Both the position numbers and the translations under genes were made by a program. Positions 18,474 through 20,000 of a stretch of 20,000 nucleotides of DNA are shown here, piece after piece. Position 1 is the stretch's first letter, and each line of letters begins with the position of its first letter. The stretch lies in sequence record SRR31156797_601. One strand, given 5' to 3'. The notes beneath the pieces were generated by a model, which was given only the letters and a program-made list of their open reading frames with translations, searched no databases and was not told where the DNA came from.

Positions 18474-19184
18474 ATGCTGAAAATAGCGATTGTTGACGAT
18501 GATCTTCACTATTTAGATATACTAGAATCGCATATTACTCGTTATCGAGACGAAAACAATATAGAGCTGGAGGTAACAACCTTTTCTAGCGGACTGCATT
18601 TGATTATGGACTATAAACCTGTATTTGATATTTTGTTTTTTGATATTGAATTACCTCATATGAATGGTATAGAAGTTGCAAAGCATATTAGAGAAATAGA
18701 TCCTTATGCAGTTATAGTTTTTATAACCAATATGGAGCAATATGCTATAAAAAGTTATGAAGTGAACGCCTATGATTATATGGTTAAGCCAATAGATTAC
18801 TCTCTATTTTCAATTAAATTAAGTGAAATTATTAATTCAATTAACAATACCAGATATCAAGATATATTGATTTCAATAAAAGATGAAAACCATCGGATAA
18901 AAGCAAGTGAGATACTCTTTATTGAGGTAAGAGATCATTTGCTAACTGTACATACAAAAGAAACTGAATATCAGATGTTCAGGTCACTAAAGGAGATAGA
19001 GCAGGAGTTGGAGAATTGCTGCTTTGTGAGGTGCAATAAAAGCTCCATTATTAACCTTCGATGTGTTACCAGAATGCGTGCAGACAGACTTGTTTTACAA
19101 GGTAAATATACTGTTAAAATATCTAGGAGCAGGCGTAAAGAAGTACAAGACGCATTTGTTGAATATTACAGTAATAATATGTAG
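18474..19184 (+). CDS. LytTR family response regulator (RR2), orphan
   Basis: MLKIAIVDDD, FFDIEL, FIT, YMVKP, FVRCNKSSIINL, ISRSRRK. AAGGAG at 18462-18467 places the start at ATG 18474; the ORF-track TTG at 18441 overlaps the -10 box. Confidence 0.92.
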   Translation: MLKIAIVDDDLHYLDILESHITRYRDENNIELEVTTFSSGLHLIMDYKPVFDILFFDIELPHMNGIEVAKHIREIDPYAVIVFITNMEQYAIKSYEVNAYDYMVKPIDYSLFSIKLSEIINSINNTRYQDILISIKDENHRIKASEILFIEVRDHLLTVHTKETEYQMFRSLKEIEQELENCCFVRCNKSSIINLRCVTRMRADRLVLQGKYTVKISRSRRKEVQDAFVEYYSNNM

Positions 19185-19627
19185 TGGTGATTTTGGTATC
19201 ACTTTGGATAATTAGAATTACAGGATACTTTCTTATGTTTAGAATTAGAAATGTATTATTTGAACATACTATTCTGTGTTGTTTAGTTAAAAAATTGAAT
19301 ATTCTGTTACATTGAAAAGAATAAAATAGTCTACTCGATTTTTCTCAATTCACATTAATTCCAAAATTAATTTTTTACCATATTTAAAGTATGAACAGAT
19401 TTAATATCTATTATATCACATATCTAATTATCAGCAATTCCCTATATACTGCATTAATCATTATACTATGTAAAAATACCTAATAAATATAGAAACAAGT
19501 CAATGATAAAGTGCATTGTACACTTAAATATCTGTGATAATAATCTATTTTGCAAACATATCAGGACTTTGCAAAATATTATTGGAAATAACGTATTTAG
19601 GGAGATGATTATTTAGAGGTATTTTTT

Positions 19628-19930
19628 ATGAAGATTGATAGACTTTTTGGGATATTAATATAATTACTAAACTCTGATAAAGCTAAAGTAAAACAATTAG
19701 CTTCAAAATATGAGGTATTTGAGCGAACTATATTTAGAGATATAGAAACCCTGTCAAAATCCGGGATTCCAGTATACGGAATAACTGGAACTGATGGTGG
19801 TATAAAAATCATGGATAGTTTTTCTTTAAATAAAACAATGCTGTCAAATGAAGAAAAGCAGGTTGTATTATTCGCATTAGAAAAAAGCATCTGCTTGAAA
19901 AAAGCAGATGCTTTGTGTGTAAATATGTAA
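19628..19930 (+). pseudogene. YafY/WYL-family (HTH_11) transcriptional regulator, disrupted and truncated
   Basis: Manual translation: MKIDRLFGILI*LLNSDKAKVKQLASKYEVFERTIFRDIETLSKSGIPVYGITGTDGGIKIMDSFSLNKTMLSNEEKQVVLFALE... In-frame TAA at 19661-19663; no WYL domain follows; GAGGT RBS upstream. Confidence 0.85.
19880..19914 (-). terminator. Rho-independent terminator of the convergent minus-strand gene
   Basis: 13-bp perfect inverted repeat AAAGCATCTGCTT-gaaaa-AAGCAGATGCTTT; the A-run at 19881-19886 gives the U-tract on the minus strand. Confidence 0.8.
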
Positions 19931-19936
19931 AAATTC

Positions 19937-20000
19937 TTAAGATTCTGCTTCCTTTTTTGCTGTTGCCTTTTTAGCAGTAGACTTAGCAGCTGTAGTAGTC
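19937..20000 (-). CDS. 3' end of an unidentified gene with a Lys/Ala-rich C-terminal tail
   Basis: Minus strand reads ...TTTAAKSTAKKATAKKEAES* with the stop at 19937-19939, followed by the terminator. Confidence 0.65.
   Translation of the reverse strand, partial: TTTAAKSTAKKATAKKEAES

Noticed and set aside
19609-19890. 93-aa minus-strand ORF
   Set aside because: It is the antisense shadow of the plus-strand YafY pseudogene.
1-20000. CRISPR arrays, tRNA/rRNA genes, transposases, integrases, an AgrB/AgrD peptide system
   Set aside because: None seen by eye. The kinase is AgrC-like, but no agrB or convincing autoinducing-peptide ORF is present in the window.

Overview
AT-rich DNA from a low-GC Gram-positive bacterium (Clostridia-like; inferred from lipoproteins, AgrC/LytTR regulators and sigma-A promoters). 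Almost all genes are on the + strand, in two carbohydrate modules. Module 1 (1-4790) has the 3' part of an ABC sugar-binding protein, two tandem DUF1861/GT108 (Leishmania MTP-like mannoside phosphorylase/transferase) paralogs and a ROK sugar kinase. Module 2 (5030-19184) has a lipoprotein GH3 glycosidase, a LytTR response regulator with an AgrC-like kinase, glf (UDP-galactopyranose mutase), then an operon of GT2, cytoplasmic GH3, GtrA-like membrane protein and a domain-permuted, doubly membrane-anchored GH3, and finally a second orphan LytTR regulator. The lipoprotein GH3 and the GT2 operon share an identically spaced promoter motif (CAAATTA-N14-C[A/C]GTTCACG-N31-[-10 box]), a probable LytTR regulon box. 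The best candidate for an undescribed system is this two-component-regulated module, which combines Galf donor synthesis, a glycosyltransferase and a putative flippase with three GH3 enzymes of different predicted localisation, and has no sugar transporter or GT-C. The window ends with a YafY/WYL-type regulator pseudogene missed by the ORF track, broken at the terminator of a convergent gene with a Lys/Ala-rich tail.
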